This document shows, one piece after another, positions 41,490 through 58,555 of a stretch of DNA of 64,000 nt. This DNA is from the human T2T-CHM13v2.0 reference genome, Homo sapiens: the NCBI RefSeq assembly GCF_009914755.1, contig NC_060931.1. One strand, given 5' to 3'. The number at the start of each line of letters is the position of its first letter. Position 1 is the first letter of the stretch. The notes beneath the pieces were generated by a model, which was not told the origin of the DNA, searched no databases, and saw only the letters and a program-made list of their open reading frames with translations. Both the position numbers and the translations under genes were made by a program.

Positions 41490-43130
41490 AGCTTCTGGAG
41501 GCTTCAGGTGTCAGTTTGGTGATGAAGAGAGCTGGAATGATGACACTCTCATTCCTACAACAAGGAAAATAGCTGGACAAACTGCAAGATAACACCTTTT
41601 TTGAACCCTTCAGAAAACTGAGGTCAGAGGACAACCAACGCAAAATTTCAAGGACAGGTGCCTGCAGAAAGCAACAGGAACTGAGCATTCTGGAATAGGA
41701 ACTGCTTGACTGAGATAGATGCTTTTGAATGCCGTATAAGCTGGTACAAAGATTAAACCAGAAATTTTTAATGAATTGCTACAGGCTTAGTGTGAGCTGG
41801 CATGAAATGTGAAGGCGAGCAGGCTCTGTCAGGGAAGATTGGGGAAGCATTTAGAGAAAGCTTTCCCTATGGTGCTGGCTAGGGGACAGGAAAAGCAGTC
41901 ATTGCTCAGACTCTGCTCACACCCAAGTTGTGAAATCTCACCTAAGGAAAAGAAAGCCATGATCTGCAGGGAGAACGGTATCAAACCCATTGTCTGAGGA
42001 CACTGGTGGGTATCCAGTGAAGCTGGTGAAAGAGAACAGGCAGGAAAAAAGAAAAAAAAACCTAAATGTTAAAAGACAATCATATTCCTTGAGAAGGGAA
42101 CACTTATGAAGGGTACAGCCCCCAAGTCCCAAATTCACAGTACCTGTCTAAGATTGAGGCTTAATTGGAACATCAGAAAACCTGCCACTCTTCACCCATT
42201 ACATTAACAAGCCTTTGGTAAAAATCACAGTGGAATGTGACTGAGTGAGTTTTGCAAGGCATTTTCTTTCTAGTGAGCAGCACAAAGGACAACCCAAAAC
42301 CAAATTCAAAACAGGGTACCACTAGAGGAATTTGAAATCGCTAGTGTCCATAGCGGCAACAAACTCCAGCTTTGGTAACTACAGCAATTACAAACTTCAA
42401 ATCCAGCCCACCCTAACTAGATTAACACAAATACCTACAATAAAGACCTAACAGTAAGAAAGATGTTCTTATTTTCAAGCATAAAAATACTGACCTCTAT
42501 GTCTACTGTCTTCTACAACATGTCTAACTTTCAGCAAAAATTATGAGGCATACCTAAAGGTAAGAAAAAGCACAGTCCGAAGAGACAGAGCAATCATCAT
42601 CCAGACCCAAAGAAGATACAGATACTGGAACAACTGGACAGGAGATTTAAGTAACTATGATTAATATTTTAAACACCCAAATGGAAAAGACAGATGATAC
42701 GCAAGATCATATAGGTAATTTTAGCAGAGAGTTGGACACTATAAGAATCGAAGGGAAATGCTGAAAATAAAAACAAGAAGTAAAAAATGCCTTAGATGGG
42801 CTCATCAGCAGACACAGCACAGCAGAAGAAATAATCAGTGAGTATGAAGATAGGTCAATAGGAATGCAAAGAGAAAAATAATGGAGGAAGGAAATGATAA
42901 GAGCATCTAAGAGCTGTGACACCATATCAAATATTCTAATATATGCATAATTAGAATCCCAGTGGGAGAGGAAAGGATGAGGAAGAATAAACATTTGAAA
43001 AATAAATGACTGAGAATTTTCCAAAATTAGTGACAGATACCAAGCCACAGATCCAAGAAACTCAGAGAACAGCAAAAAGGATAAATACCAAACAAATGCA
43101 TGAATGAATAGATAAACAAACCAAACATGC
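41490..43130 (+). mobile_element. Old L1 5' UTR/ORF1 fragment
   Basis: A-rich ORF1-like segment (GAGAATTTTCCAAAATT...CACAGATCCAAGAAACTCAGAGAAC). Confidence 0.7.
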
Positions 43131-45027
43131 ATATACAAACCTGGGGGTAAATGTAAACACATTAAAGAGTATGAGACAGAGACTATCTCACAAAGCCTAA
43201 AATACTTATCGTCTGGCTCTCTATAGGAAAAGCTTACTGACCTCTTGTCTAGGAGAATGAATAGACTAGGGATATAATGTGAGTTTCTTGGGCAGCACCA
43301 AGGGCTTCATTTGAGGTTGATGGTCTTGAACTGAGAACAAAACCAGCCAACAGAATTGTGTTTCTCCAGCTATAATCAGATTCCCAAGTATAAACACGGA
43401 GAAAATGGAGAGTTGGATTTAATCATGTTGGGTCAGCTTTCCCTTGGATGTAGAAAGCCAAAAAGAACATTGCTCATGGCCTTCCAGCAATGTCAGCAGC
43501 AACAACAACAAAAGCCAGACAGTCTTCAAATTGACAACTTTTCCTGAAGTGGTCAGGGAGCTGAGGTCACAGGACAATCAAATAACCCAAAATAAATTAA
43601 AAAGAAAAACCATGTGCAAGGAGAACAGAAACAAGCATTTAATTATACGGGTCATGCCACTAGACACAATGGTAAAGAACTCAGCTCAAATTGTTCACCA
43701 GTCAGTCGGTAAATGCCTAGTGTGGGTTAGCAAGGGAATTTGCAATTGCTTACAGACATTTTTACACAGAGCTCATAAGGTGCTGACAAAAGATTAGCAA
43801 GAGTGCTCAGAAAGCATCCTCCATGGTAAAGCCTGGGAGAACAGCAGCCACTTAGAGAAAGGCATGAAACCCACCCACCCCGCTCTTCCTTATCTCCCCT
43901 ATAAGTCTTAAACTCTCTTAGCTTAAACTGCTGGGGAAAAGTTGGGGGAAAACACTGTCCTTTTCACATTACTGGTACAAAAATAGGCCACAGATCCTGA
44001 TTTAGTTCTTGAGCCTTACTTTTGCTAACCCCTTGACTCCTGTTTCATATCTTCTCTCTCCAGTTATCCCAAACCTCCTCTCCCGCTTTCACTCTCAGCG
44101 AATGACCTTGTTTTCTACTGTTTTCCCGTGCCCATTATGTATTTCCTAGCTGTATCCCAGGTGCCTACTTCCTGGAATATGGAGCTGATTCAATATCATA
44201 TTTGTTGAATGAATGAAACTATGCAAATTTCCTTGTGCTACATACTCAGTAGTCAATGGATACAACCTAAGCACAACCAAAATTAGGTTTATCTGTATCC
44301 TCACCTGCATTTGGTATGGTCACTATTTTTTATGTTACTCATTCTTACACATATGTAGTGATATATCATTATGGTTTTAATTTACATTTCCCTGTTGGCT
44401 AATGATGATGTACATCTTTTTGTGCTTATTTGCCGTCCGTATGTGAAACGTGTCTTTATGTATTTTGCTCCATTTCTATTTGAATTGTTTGTTTTATGAA
44501 TTTTGGATCTTAGGGTGTTCTTTATATATTATAGATGCTAATTACTTTTCATATATATGGCTTGCAAATATATTTTCCCACTCTGTAGCTTGCCTTTTCA
44601 TTCTCTTAAACAGGGTCTTTTGCATAGAAAAATTTTAAAATTTTTATGAAGTCCAGTATGTCCATTTTTCTCCTATTGATTGTGCTTTTGGTGTCAAGTC
44701 TAAGGATTCTTTGCCTAGCCCTAGAGATAAAGATTTTCTCCTGTATTTTTTGTAAAGGTTAAGAGTTTTGCATTTTATATCTAACTGATCCATTTTGAAT
44801 GAAATTTAGGTCAAGATTCTGTTTGTTTGTTTGTTTGTTTGCATATGGATGTTCATTACTCCAGCACCATTTGTTGAAAGTGGATCTTTCCTTTCTTTCC
44901 TTCACTGAATTGCTTTTGTGCCTCTGCCAAATATGTCAATTGGACATATTTTGTATGGGTCTATTTCTGGGTTCTCTGTTCTCTTCCACTGATTTATGCA
45001 TCTACCCCTCTGCCAATACCATATAGG

Positions 45028-45359
<332 letters not shown>

Positions 45360-46883
45360 TAAGTCTTAGAAGCAAGTAGCCTGATTCCTCCTACTTTATT
45401 CTTTTCCAAAATTGGTTTGGCTAGGTTCTTTTTTTCTTTTTTGCCTTTTCATATATATTTTACAACATGCTATATCTACAAAAATCTTGTTGGGACTTTG
45501 ATAAGAATTGCATTAAATTTGTAAATCAATTTTGGAAGAACTGACATCTTTATTGAATCTTCCAGTTTATGAACATGGTATATCTCTTCATTTATTTAGA
45601 TCACCTTTGATTCCTTTCCTCAGCATTGTATAGTTTTGATCATCTAAGTCTTATACGTATTTTGCTAGATATACATTTAAGTTTTTCATGTCATAGAATT
45701 ATAATTTTAATTTTGGTGTCCATCATTAGCACATAAAATACATTTTTTTATGTTTATCTTTTATCACGCAACTTTGCTGAACTCACTTGTTCTAGGAGTT
45801 TTGTTGTGGTTATCTTTTTGTTGTTGTTTTAGATTTGCTGGGATTTTTTACATAGTTCTGGCATGGGCAAATAGGGACAGTTTTATTTCTTACTTTTTAA
45901 TCTGTATGCTTTTTATTTCCATTATTTGCCTTTTGCACTAAAACTTTTAGCACTGTGTTTAATAAGTGGTGAATGTGAACATACATGCCTTGTTGTCAGC
46001 CTTAGGAGAAAGCATCAGTATTTAATCATTAAGCATAATGTTAGCCACAAGTTCTTTGCACGTGATTTTTACACAGTTGAGAAAATCTCCCTTTTATTTC
46101 TTTTTTTTTCTGAGAGTTCTTACCATGAATGGGTATTGAATTCTTTCAAATTTTTTTTTCTGTACCAATTTATATGATTATGTGATTTTTCTTATTTTGC
46201 CTCTTAACATGTAATATGATGTATTTGAATATTGAAACAGCCTTGCATCCCTGGAAGAAAACCTCATTTGGTCATGGTATATAATTAATATATTATTGAA
46301 ATCTATTTTTGCAATTTTGTTTGGGAATTTTGTGTTTATATTCGCAAGGGATATCAGTCTGAAGTTTACTTTGTTTTGATACTGTTGGTACTTTGTTGGT
46401 TTTAGTATCAAGGTAATACTAGTTTGAGGTAAAGAATTGGGAAGTGTTTCCTCTTCTCTTTTCCAGAAGAGATTGTATAGAATTGATGTTAATGATTTCT
46501 TAAACCTCTAGCAGAAGTCTCTAGTGAAAATACCTGGGTCTAGAGATTTCTTTTTGAAGAATTTCTACATTTGAATTCAAGTTCTCAATAGTTATAGAAA
46601 TATTTAAATGATCTATTTTATATTGATTTTATTTATGGCAATAGTTTGAGTTTTTCAAGGAATTGGTATATTCCATCTAAATTGACAAATTTAAGTGTGT
46701 ACAGTTGTTTACAGTATTCCCTTATTATCTTTTTGATGTATGCAGAGTCTGCAGTGATAGCCCCTGTTTCATTGACATGGATATGGATAATTTGTGTCTT
46801 CTCTTTCTTTGTCAGTCTTGCTAGAGGTTTGTCAACTTTATTGACCTTTTTGAAGAACCAGCTCCTTTTTTCCCTTGGCTTTT

Positions 46884-47334
46884 CATATAGTTAGATATTT
46901 GTTCCCTCCAAATCTCATGTTGAAAAGTGATCTCTAGTGTTGCAGCTGGGATCTAGTGGGAGGTGTTTGGGTCATGGGGGTGGAACCCTCATGAATGACG
47001 TGGTTCCCGCCCCACAGTAATAAGGGAGTTCTCCCTCTGTAAGTTTATGTGAGATCTGATTGTTAAGAGAATCTGGGACCTCACTCGTCTCTCTGTTGCT
47101 CCCTCTCTCTTGACCTGCCCCCTCCCCACTGGAACCTTTCTCTCTCTTGTTTGCTCCCCCTTCGCCTTCCACCGTGATTATAAGCTTCTTAAGGTCTTCA
47201 CCAGAAGCAGATGCTGGTACCATGCATGCTTCTTGTACGGTTTGCAGAACCATGAGCAAAAATAAACCTCTTTTCTTTCTAAACTACCCAGTCCTCGGGT
47301 ATTTCTTTATAGCAATGTAAAAAAGACTAATACA
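46884..47334. mobile_element. MSTA/MSTB-type MaLR solo LTR
   Basis: CAAATCTCATGTTGAAA...AAATAAACCTCTTTTCTTT...GACTAATACA. Confidence 0.88.
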
Positions 47335-47805
47335 GCTTTCTCTATTATTTTTCTATTTTCAATTTCATTGATTTCTACTCTTTATTATTTCCTTGATTCT
47401 ACTGGCTTTCAGTTTATTTTGCTCTTTTTTTCCTAGGTTCCTAACTGGATGCTTAGATTATTGATTTTTTTCCTCTTTTCTAACATATTCATTTTAGTGC
47501 CATACATTTCCCTCACAGCACTGCCTTCTCTCTTGCCTATACGATATATAAATATTTAAGTAATACAAATGTTTGCTATTGGGAAGACGGAGTGGATGTA
47601 CTTTTCCTGATTACTCCCTTGAAGTACAACTGAAAACCCTTTGAGTTATACACAAATCAAACATAAGAAGACTCTGAAAAGTAGAGAGAAGACAGACTTG
47701 AGACCCAAAGAATAACATGGTTATGAGTTCCATGGGCTCTCTTTGTGCCTCATTTTCTCAGACTTGGAGTTAAAGAGGCTGGCAATCCAGAAATGCCAAT
47801 GGGCA

Positions 47806-48130
47806 CTGCTATGATTTGAATGTGTCCCCTCCAAAATTCAGGTGTTGAAACTTAATGGCCAATGTGATAGTATTAAGAGATGGGACCTGCAAGAGGTGAG
47901 TAGGCCATGAGGACTCCCCCCTCATGAGTGAGACTAAAGCTCTCTTATTCTCCTACTATCTCCCATGTGAGGACACAGTGTTCCTCTCCTTCAGAAGATG
48001 CAACATCAAGGCACCATCTTGGAAGTGGAGAGCAGTCTTCACCAGACGCTAAATCTGCTAGCGCCTTGATCTTGGACTTTCTTGGACTCCAGAATTCTTA
48101 GACTCCAGAATTGTAAGATATAAATTTCTA
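47806..48130. mobile_element. MST-type MaLR LTR, truncated at its 3' end
   Basis: TGCTATGATTTGAATGTGTCCCCTCCAAAATTCAGGTGTTGAAAC...CCTTGATCTTGGACTT. Confidence 0.82.
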
Positions 48131-48319
48131 TTTTTTTCAGTTTTGCCAATTTTATTGAACCAATAAAATTCCTACTAATAATGATGAAATAATTTCTGCA
48201 AGTATAAATGTGATACAGTTTAACAAAACCCATTGTTCTGTAACTATACATAGATTTTCAAAATGTCATAAAAAGTGCAGTTATGAATTGTTAACATGTT
48301 AATACACAGTTCCTTTATT

Positions 48320-48981
<662 letters not shown>

Positions 48982-49049
48982 GCATCATCTAAATTTTTAT
49001 AGGAGTGAATTCTTATTTCTTCTGCAATTAAAAAAAGAAAACTTCCAAG

Positions 49050-51080
49050 TAAAGATAACTAGTTGTACACATTCATTAGTTTCCGCTCCGTCCAAACATC
49101 CTACTAAAATGATAAAAATGTAATTTTTAAAGGGAATACGCCTATAAAAAAATCAAGAAGATGAAATAAAAAGCAGTACCTTTAGACTCTGGAAAGAAAA
49201 TTAATGAGTAATAATTTTCACTGCAGAACTAGGAAAGCAGAGAAGCAAACTGATTTACAGCAGGCACAAGAATTGGCAAGCACAAGATATCCCTGGAAGC
49301 AGGGGTGAAGGCAGGCCTAAAAGAGAAAGATTCATCGCCAGTCTGCGTAAGAAGCTGTGAGATCTCCTAGTTGTCCTCCCTGACTTGCAGCAGCTAAGCA
49401 ACCCCAACCCTGGCACTCTACTACAAGTTTGTTATTAGGAGAGGGAAAAGTTTCTAGACTTGCAGACAACAGGAATAGCTGAAGGCAGAGGTCCTGTATT
49501 GATACTAAATACGGAGATTAAATGAAAGTATCACTTTGAGTATTAAGACTCTCAATCTTCTTCTCACTCTGCTCCTAGATCACTAGCATAAACGACTGTG
49601 TATTCCAGGCAAGAAAAGCCATTTCTGGAAAATATGACCAGCCCAAGAGAAAAGACAGTAATATTCCTAAGAAAATGGCCCAGACAGAGGACACTACATG
49701 CACAGAGAGCTTCCAATTTGCTTTTTAGCGCCCCCCACTTTAAAAGTATCAGGAGTTAGCCAAAGATCACCAAACATTTAAAGAAAATATCTAACAAAAG
49801 AATGAAGCCAAACAAACAGAAAAAGCAAGTGGGAAGAAACCGAGTCATCAGGAAAGGGAACAAAGCATACACATACATATATATACATACACATACATAT
49901 ATACACTTATACACAAACAGATGCACATGTAAATACGTATCAGTAATATTCTTAGAAAAAGATATTGTACCCACAAAACAAAAATGGAATATATGAAAAA
50001 AACATTATTTTTTAAAGACCTCAGAAATTTTAAAAAACATTAAAAATTAAGTTAAAAATTAAAATTACAGAAACAAATAAAAACTGACAAAAGAGTTATA
50101 AGATCACATTTTTAAAAGTCCCTATCTGGGCATGGTGGCATACACCTGTAATCCCAACTACTCAAGAGGCTGAGACAGGAGGATCACTTGAGCCCAGGAG
50201 TTCAAGGCTGCAGTAAGCTAGGATCACACGACTACACTCCAACCTAGGTGACAGAGCCTCGAGACCTTGTCTTTAAATAAATAAATAAATCCCTCAAAAG
50301 AAAAAAAGAACAAAAACCAAAGACATAAAAAAATTGAAGAGAAAAAAGAAAAAGCAAAGGATTACTCTAGGTGTACAACATCTAAATCATCAAAGAAAAA
50401 AATGGCAGAAAAAAAATCACAGAAAGCAGCTGACTCAAAGAGCCTACCAAATATGGTGCACAATGAATGAGAACAGTTCCCTCCCAAGGCATGTAATAAT
50501 GAAATTTTCATACAAAGGATCAAAAACCATAATGACATCTATGTGCTCAACAGCAACACTAGAAGCCAGAAGGCAACAAGGCAACACATTTTAAATTCTC
50601 AGGGAAAATAACTTCAACCTAGAATTCTATATCAAGTCAAAGTACTAATCAAAAATGAGGGCAGAAATAAAATATTTTCAGGAATGGAAGCCTCAAAAAA
50701 ATTTTACCTTACACATATTCTTTCTCAGTAGGAACTACGAGATTATATCAACTAAAAACAATGGAGAACATCAAGAAAGAAGACACATAAATTCAAGGAA
50801 CCAGGAAACTGAACATAAGAGAGAGGCAGGCAAATACAATTTCCAAGATGATGATGAACAAAGAGGGATCTCATAGGATAATCATTTCAGAACAGGGTAG
50901 GTCAGAGGGTCTCCAAAGAGACTTTAACAAGAAAATGAAATTCAGGCAATACTCATTATATGAATAATCTGAGAGGAGATTTATACAAATGAGGGAGGGT
51001 TGTAAAACTAAACAGTTTTTTTAAACTAACAAATTTTTAAAAGACAAAAGAGAAAACACAAAATTGTACAGGAAAAGAAA
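49050..51080 (+). mobile_element. Very old L1 5'/ORF1 relics with an Alu monomer at about 50126-50290
   Basis: GCAACACTAGAAGCCAGAAGGCAA...TTCAACCTAGAATTCTATATC ORF1 motif. Confidence 0.6.
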
Positions 51081-52424
51081 AGCAGCCAAATGTGAAAAGA
51101 ACTCTGAATTATTAAAAGCTAATTAGATTCTGTACACTTCACAACTACAATACAGAATAACTCACACTTAAAATACTACAAGTGGTTGATCTAACTTCTG
51201 AGTCTCATCTCCAGATAATAGCTAAAGCAATTGTCTACTCTACCACCGACTTCTTATGACATAGACTCAAAAGAGATAGTGCTTATGAAGTAACTTTCCT
51301 AACACATAAATTACTATATGAAAGTAACTGTATTAGTTCAATATTTATAAAGACACTTAAAGTGGCCAATAATATTAAATATTCTTAATTTTAGTTATTC
51401 TGTTTTAAAGAAACTAATGGCAATCCTCCAAAGAACTCTGTGTATGGTAAGGTGGAGGAAGAGTGGACAAAAGGAGTTATTAAGGAACTGACATTTCAAG
51501 GTGACCAGATATGCTGTTTTTGAAGAAGTGCTATGATAGACAGGAAATATGGAGAATTACAAATCAAGACTTCAGGGCTGTCAGACTGAAGGGTGCTGAA
51601 GCACCAGCAAAGCAGTGAATTGCTTTAGTAAATGCCAAGTCATCCAGGTTGCCTGAGATGTAGTAAATCATGTAGCTGAAAAAAACTAAGTTTTTCAGCC
51701 TCTGCCCTGAAGCAGCAGCACACACTTAATGAAAACACTGACCTACCTTATCAACCATCCTTCCAACCATCTCCAACCGCCCACAAAACACACTCACACT
51801 GATAACACTTTGTAACACATTCAAATGGTTATAAAAGAGCTATAAGCACAGTATAATTTTACTTCTAAGGCAATTTTATAACTGTCTCCATTTGTATAAT
51901 CTACATTATGCCTATTTGGTTCAAAAATTAATTTACCTATATTTACATTATACAAATAAAAACATAGCCTACCACTTCCTTCTAGAGCAATACATTTTTA
52001 TACATAATTTAAACACAGCAATAATTCTGATAATAATCATCTTAAAACATAATAATGTAGTTATCAAATACATTTTGGGAAATATTCAATATTTACAAAG
52101 TTTTTACCATGTGTTTGGCATAGTAAATGTGCTGAAAAACTCAATTCAAATGTTCAGGGGAGAATTTTGTAAATATAAGAAAGATACATTCTAAAAATAA
52201 TGAAAACTGGATTGTTTTTGCAAAGTCTGATCAGTTGGGAAGAGAAAGGAATACGGTATCAGAGTAAAGCACATGGTCATTCTGAGGAGGGTGAGACTGG
52301 AAGTGGGGCATAAATCTTGGATGTTTTAATTTTTTCATTCATTGAAGAGGCTCCTTCAATAGTTAAAAGCATAAAGGTATGAAGTATGTGGACTACTTTA
52401 ACCCTCATAATACTACAAAAGCAG

Positions 52425-52722
52425 GTTTTTGTTTTGTTTTGAGACAGAGTCTCATTCCGTCGCCCAGGCTGGAGTGCAGTGGTGCAATCCTGGCTAACCG
52501 CAACCTCAGCCTCCTGGGTTCAAGTGATCCTCCTGCTTCAGCCTCTGGAGTAGCTGGGACTACAGGCATGCACCACCACACCTGGCTAATTTTCGTATTT
52601 TTGCTAGAACCTGGGTTTCACCATGTTGCCCAGGCTGACCTCAAATTCCTGAGCTCAAGCAATCGCCCCCCCTGGGCCTCCCAGAGTGCTGGGGTTACAG
52701 GTGCAAGCCAATGCACCTGGCC
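52425..52722 (-). mobile_element. AluJ-like inside a MIR relic
   Basis: Reverse Alu consensus. Confidence 0.92.
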
Positions 52723-53067
52723 TGATTCTAGAGACGAGAAAATGGGGGTACAGAGGAACTAAGAAACTTGCTTAAGGTCAGCCCAAGAAACATGACTTGA
52801 AGACTTAAACTCTTCCCCACAATAACAGAATACAGCCTGGACATAAAGTGCATCCCATCTCTGCTTTCGTTAATTTATGGACAGACGCAGAACTCAAACT
52901 GAGCTAATCTGAGTCCTTTCTGCTGGAGGCAGAGAAAGGTACTCCTTTCAGGCCTGTAATTATACATAATTTAAACACAGCAATAATTCTGATAATAATC
53001 ATCTTTAAAAGCATGCAGTTGGAAGTACAGAGAGTCTCAAGGCCCCAGCTTAAAGAAGGCCCATACT

Positions 53068-53190
53068 GGGGCCTGGGGGCAGTGGCTGACACCTGTAATC
53101 CCAGACACACACAGACACAAAGACACACACACACTCTCTCTCACTCTTTCTCTCTCTCTCTCTCTCTCTCCCTCTCTCCCTCTCTCCCTG
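53068..53190. repeat. Alu 5' stub (~36 bp) followed by (CA)n(CT)n microsatellite
   Basis: GCAGTGGCTGACACCTGTAATCCCAG then dinucleotide runs. Confidence 0.8.
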
Positions 53191-53357
53191 TATAAATTTC
53201 AGCTCCAGGGGCCTTGGTTCCTGCATTTGTTCCTTCAATTCTCTAAGTTACCCTAGGATCCTTTTCAATAATTTGAAACAATATATAGTGTTTCCACCTA
53301 ATGCTATTTTGAGTTATGCTTCTATCCTTTACAACTGAAAGACTTTAGATTCTCTGA

Positions 53358-53711
<354 letters not shown>

Positions 53712-54496
53712 TAGTAGTAAGGATAACCACAATAAAGCCACACTTTAAAATAACTTTCAAGTAAAAGAAAATATCAAAATGCAGTTAACATGATTACTCC
53801 TCGATAGAACTGACTTTTAAAAGATAAAAAATGTGTACTCAATGACAATGAAAATGGTAAGTATCCAAAGCTATGGGAAGTGACTACATGTAACGAGAAG
53901 TAAACACAGCCTTAAACGCTTTTATCATTAAAAAATGATAAATAAAAAATAAAAGAACTAAAAGCTAGGAGAAAGAACAAAATTAACTTTACAAAATGAG
54001 AAAGAACAGAATAGAGGCAACAGTAGAAAAAAATTAAAAACCAACAAAAATAGAAAAATTTATTGTTCAACTGAGCACTGGCTCTCTGAAACATATTACA
54101 CATAATAAATAACCCATTATGTATATATGGCTTCTTTGTTCTTTTTTTTTCCTCAGCTCATATATAAATAGGTAAATTAAAGAACTATTACACACTAATC
54201 ACAATTCAAGCAAAAATTAGGATATTCCACATGGTCAGAACTTATGAAATTCAAATGACTGAATATACCTATAATTTTCTGACACACTAAATCTTTTTGT
54301 TGCTAAAAAAAAGAGCCCTGAATGAAATAATGACTCTGACAGGTGATATTACTCGAAATATATCTACCAATCTGCACTTATAAATATCAAAAACCTCACA
54401 AGCTTTTATTGGTTAAAAAATTTTACATAGTCCTAAAGATTATACCTTGCTAGAAGCTGTTTCCATTTCTAATGAGCAATTTGGCAATAAAGATCA

Positions 54497-54922
<426 letters not shown>

Positions 54923-54939
54923 CTAAATGTTCAGCTATA

Positions 54940-55730
54940 AGGAACAACCAAATAAATCCTTGACTCTTCATTTTCTCTCATACCTCCACATCTAATCCAG
55001 GTGGCTCTATCTTCAAAACACTGGATATGCAGAATCTGGCCACTGCTTAGCACCTCCAGCACTGCCACCCAGTCCAAGCCACTGTTATCTTTCATCTGGA
55101 TTTTTGACTCCTTGCTGACTCTTGCCACCTCACACAATAGCCAGAGTAATCCTTTAAAACCCAAGTCAGATTATGTCTATCCTCTGCACAAAAATACTCC
55201 AGTGTCTCTCCATCCCTCTTTAAAACAAAAGCCGCAAACCACAGGTCAGTGGTTATGAGGCAGTTTATGATTCTGTCCCAACCTCATGCCACCCCACTAC
55301 GCTCTCATCTTCTACAGCCCTCTGCACTCCAGCTGTAGTAAACCTACATATCAGGTACACTCATGCCTCAGGGCTTTTACAGTTACTGCTCCCTGTGCCT
55401 GAATATGTTTTTCCCCCAGAGATCCTCATGACTTGCTCCTTCACTTTCTGCTTGAATTGTCACCTTGTCATTGAGGTCATCCTTAAAACCCGATTTAAAA
55501 TAGCAACTATAGATAGGCCTCCACCCCATAATCTCTATCAGCCTTTGCACTCCATTTTTTTCCATTACACTCAATGCCCTAACACACTATGTATTTTACT
55601 TGTTTACTATCTCTCCCAAATAGAATAATAAGGCCCCTAAAAGCAGGGATTTTTATCTTATTTCTTCACTGCTGTATCCCCAGAATAGTGTTCGGAAGAG
55701 CAGGTCCTCATTAAATATTTGAGTGATTTT
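54940..55730 (+). mobile_element. L2 3' fragment
   Basis: GGCAGGGATTTT-like and TTCACTGCTGTATCCCCAG...TAAATATTTGAGTGA L2 end motifs. Confidence 0.75.
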
Positions 55731-56094
55731 TGGAATACTGGGTAATAATTAAAAATCATGTTATAAAAAATTTTAATGTGATGTTAGAAACTGGTGGAAA
55801 TGGAAAGAGCACGTTATCAAAGAATATGTAACCCATGGATCAAGAAGAAATCATACGGGAAATTAAAATACATTTTTCACTGAATGTTAACAAGAACCCT
55901 TCAAAATCAGTGGGATTCAGGTAAAGCAATTCTTGGAGGAAAATGTGTAGCTTTAAAACTTCGTATTAGAACATCAGAAAGGTTAAAATCAAAACAATAT
56001 AAAAATGAATGTTCCAAATTTTGTGTCTAAAACAAATACATATATAAAAGACATTAACACTTTTTTCTGGTTATTTCTAGTGGTAAGATTATAA

Positions 56095-56390
<296 letters not shown>

Positions 56391-57646
56391 TTTTCTGTAT
56401 GTTAGTTTTTCTCTAGTGAACAGGTATTATTTTTATAATTAAAAAAAAAGGTTTTAAAAAACTTCCTTTCCCTCTGGTTGAATTCTAACTGCTGGCCTCT
56501 TCCTCTCCCTGTCTCTTAAAATACTTGCTCCTCTGGATTCCATCCTTGTCCTTCATCAACCTATATTCATCCCTTAGTAATCTTATCCACTTTCTGGAAT
56601 CATTTATATCCTGCAAATTGATTTCTCAGTTTTTTGTAATATCCCGAATTAGAGACTCATGTTTCCAGCCACTTAAAGGATACTTCTATGCAGATGGAAA
56701 TCCGATAGCCACTCAAATTTAACAGGCCTAAAAGGAACTCATTATCATTTCCTAAAACTTGTTCTTTTCATCTTTAATACTGGTAAAGACATCACTATGT
56801 ACCCAGGTTCTCAATTCTATCAGTTCTACCTTAGAAATCTCAATCAAATCTAACTTTTCTTCTCCCTCACCAATGCCATCTTTTCAACGTAGGCATCTTC
56901 TATCAGTTATATTCTAAAAGAATCCTAACTTATCCTCCTGCTATCACACTCTCCTCCTTAAGAACTGAATCCTGATCAGGGTTGCTGCATACAGCCTGAA
57001 GTCTGCACCACTAGAGAAGGTTGCCATCCATGTAAACTACGAATGTTAATTGTGCCCAATGGCCTAATCATGATACTCCCCCTGCTTTCAAACTTCATTG
57101 GATAAAACAAACCTACAGCACTATAAAATCCTTCAACTGGCTCCACTTTCTATTTTTCTAGCTTCGGGTTCTCATCATTCCTCTATGCACCCTACAATCC
57201 AGACATATTTAACTTTTCAGTATGCCCTATCAAAACCCAAGCTTTTGTGGATTTTTCTTTAGTCTACAGTGCCCTCTCTCCATAAAACTTCTAAATCCTT
57301 CAAACTACAATTCAAATGTATCCTCCTCTGTGAAGCATTTTTTGACTAGCCTAGACAAAGATACTTCACGAAGCATTTTGTTAATAGTTCTATTACAGAA
57401 TTTGTTGCACTGTATAATGATCACACATATCCATCTCTCAAATTCAATGGAGAGTTGAGCAGTGCATAAAGAAGCCCCACATTTGAACCCTGAATATCTA
57501 CAATGCCCAGCCCCTAAAAGGGGCTCAATTCATGTTTATTAATACTATATTTACCATATGCATTAGTACAACTTTTTAAAAGTAAATAAAAACTGAGTTT
57601 AAAAAAAAAGTTGCATGTTCAGCTGTCAATCTAAGTCTATAATCCA

Positions 57647-58130
57647 TGTGGCAGACAGAACTGATGGGACTATTCTTGATTCCTACACTTCCTGGTGTTT
57701 AAACCTTTGTATAATTCCCTCCCCTTGCACGTGAACTGGACCTATGACTTGCTTCTAATCAATGAAATACAGCAAAGGCAATGGGTTGTATGTGATTACA
57801 TGTACACGATTATGTAAGAACATAGCACCAGTTCACCTTTGATAGACTCTCTTCCTTTGCTGACTTTGAAGAAGCAAGCTGCTCTGAACCTAACAGACAC
57901 AAGGAAATAAATTCAGCCAATAACCCAAGGAAGTCTGGGGGCAGACCTTTCCCCAGTTGAGTCTCTAGATAACAACCCAGCCCTGGCCAACACTTTGACT
58001 GCAGTCTTACAGAGGACACAGCTAAGTTGTGCCCAGCCTCTTGATCCATAGAAGTTGTGAGGTAATAAACGTGTTGCTTAGAACAGCTAAATTTGTAGTT
58101 ATTTGTGAACAAGCAGCTTAGAACATGAAT
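57647..58130. mobile_element. MaLR LTR (MLT1-type)
   Basis: TGTGG start; CAAGGAAATAAATTCAGCCAATAACC; CAGCTAAATTTGTAGTTATTTGT. Confidence 0.7.
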
Positions 58131-58555
58131 AAAATAAAATAAAAAAAAAGAAAATGAATAAAATCAGAACCTAAGGTATTTCTGAACTCTTTGTTCACAA
58201 AAAGGCCTATGTTTTGTCCAATTTCTAAACAAATAAATGTCATGTATATGCAAAATTAAAACACAGACTAACATTTCAAATAAACAATAGTTCTTAAGAA
58301 TATTTACATAAGGTAAAACTTAGGAAGTAATCTGCTACATAAAGCAGTTCCTACACTCTCTTTTAACACATTTGCCAGTATACCCAATTGTACATAATAC
58401 TTAGTACATGTAATAAGTTTAATATTAGGGCAATTCTCCTTACAAACCCAAATAATAATAAATAGTTTAAAAGTTGATATCTAATTAATGTATCTGGTAA
58501 TCAAAAGAACTTACTTACTGGTCACCAGGCAAAGCAATCAAATTGGAGGAGAGCA

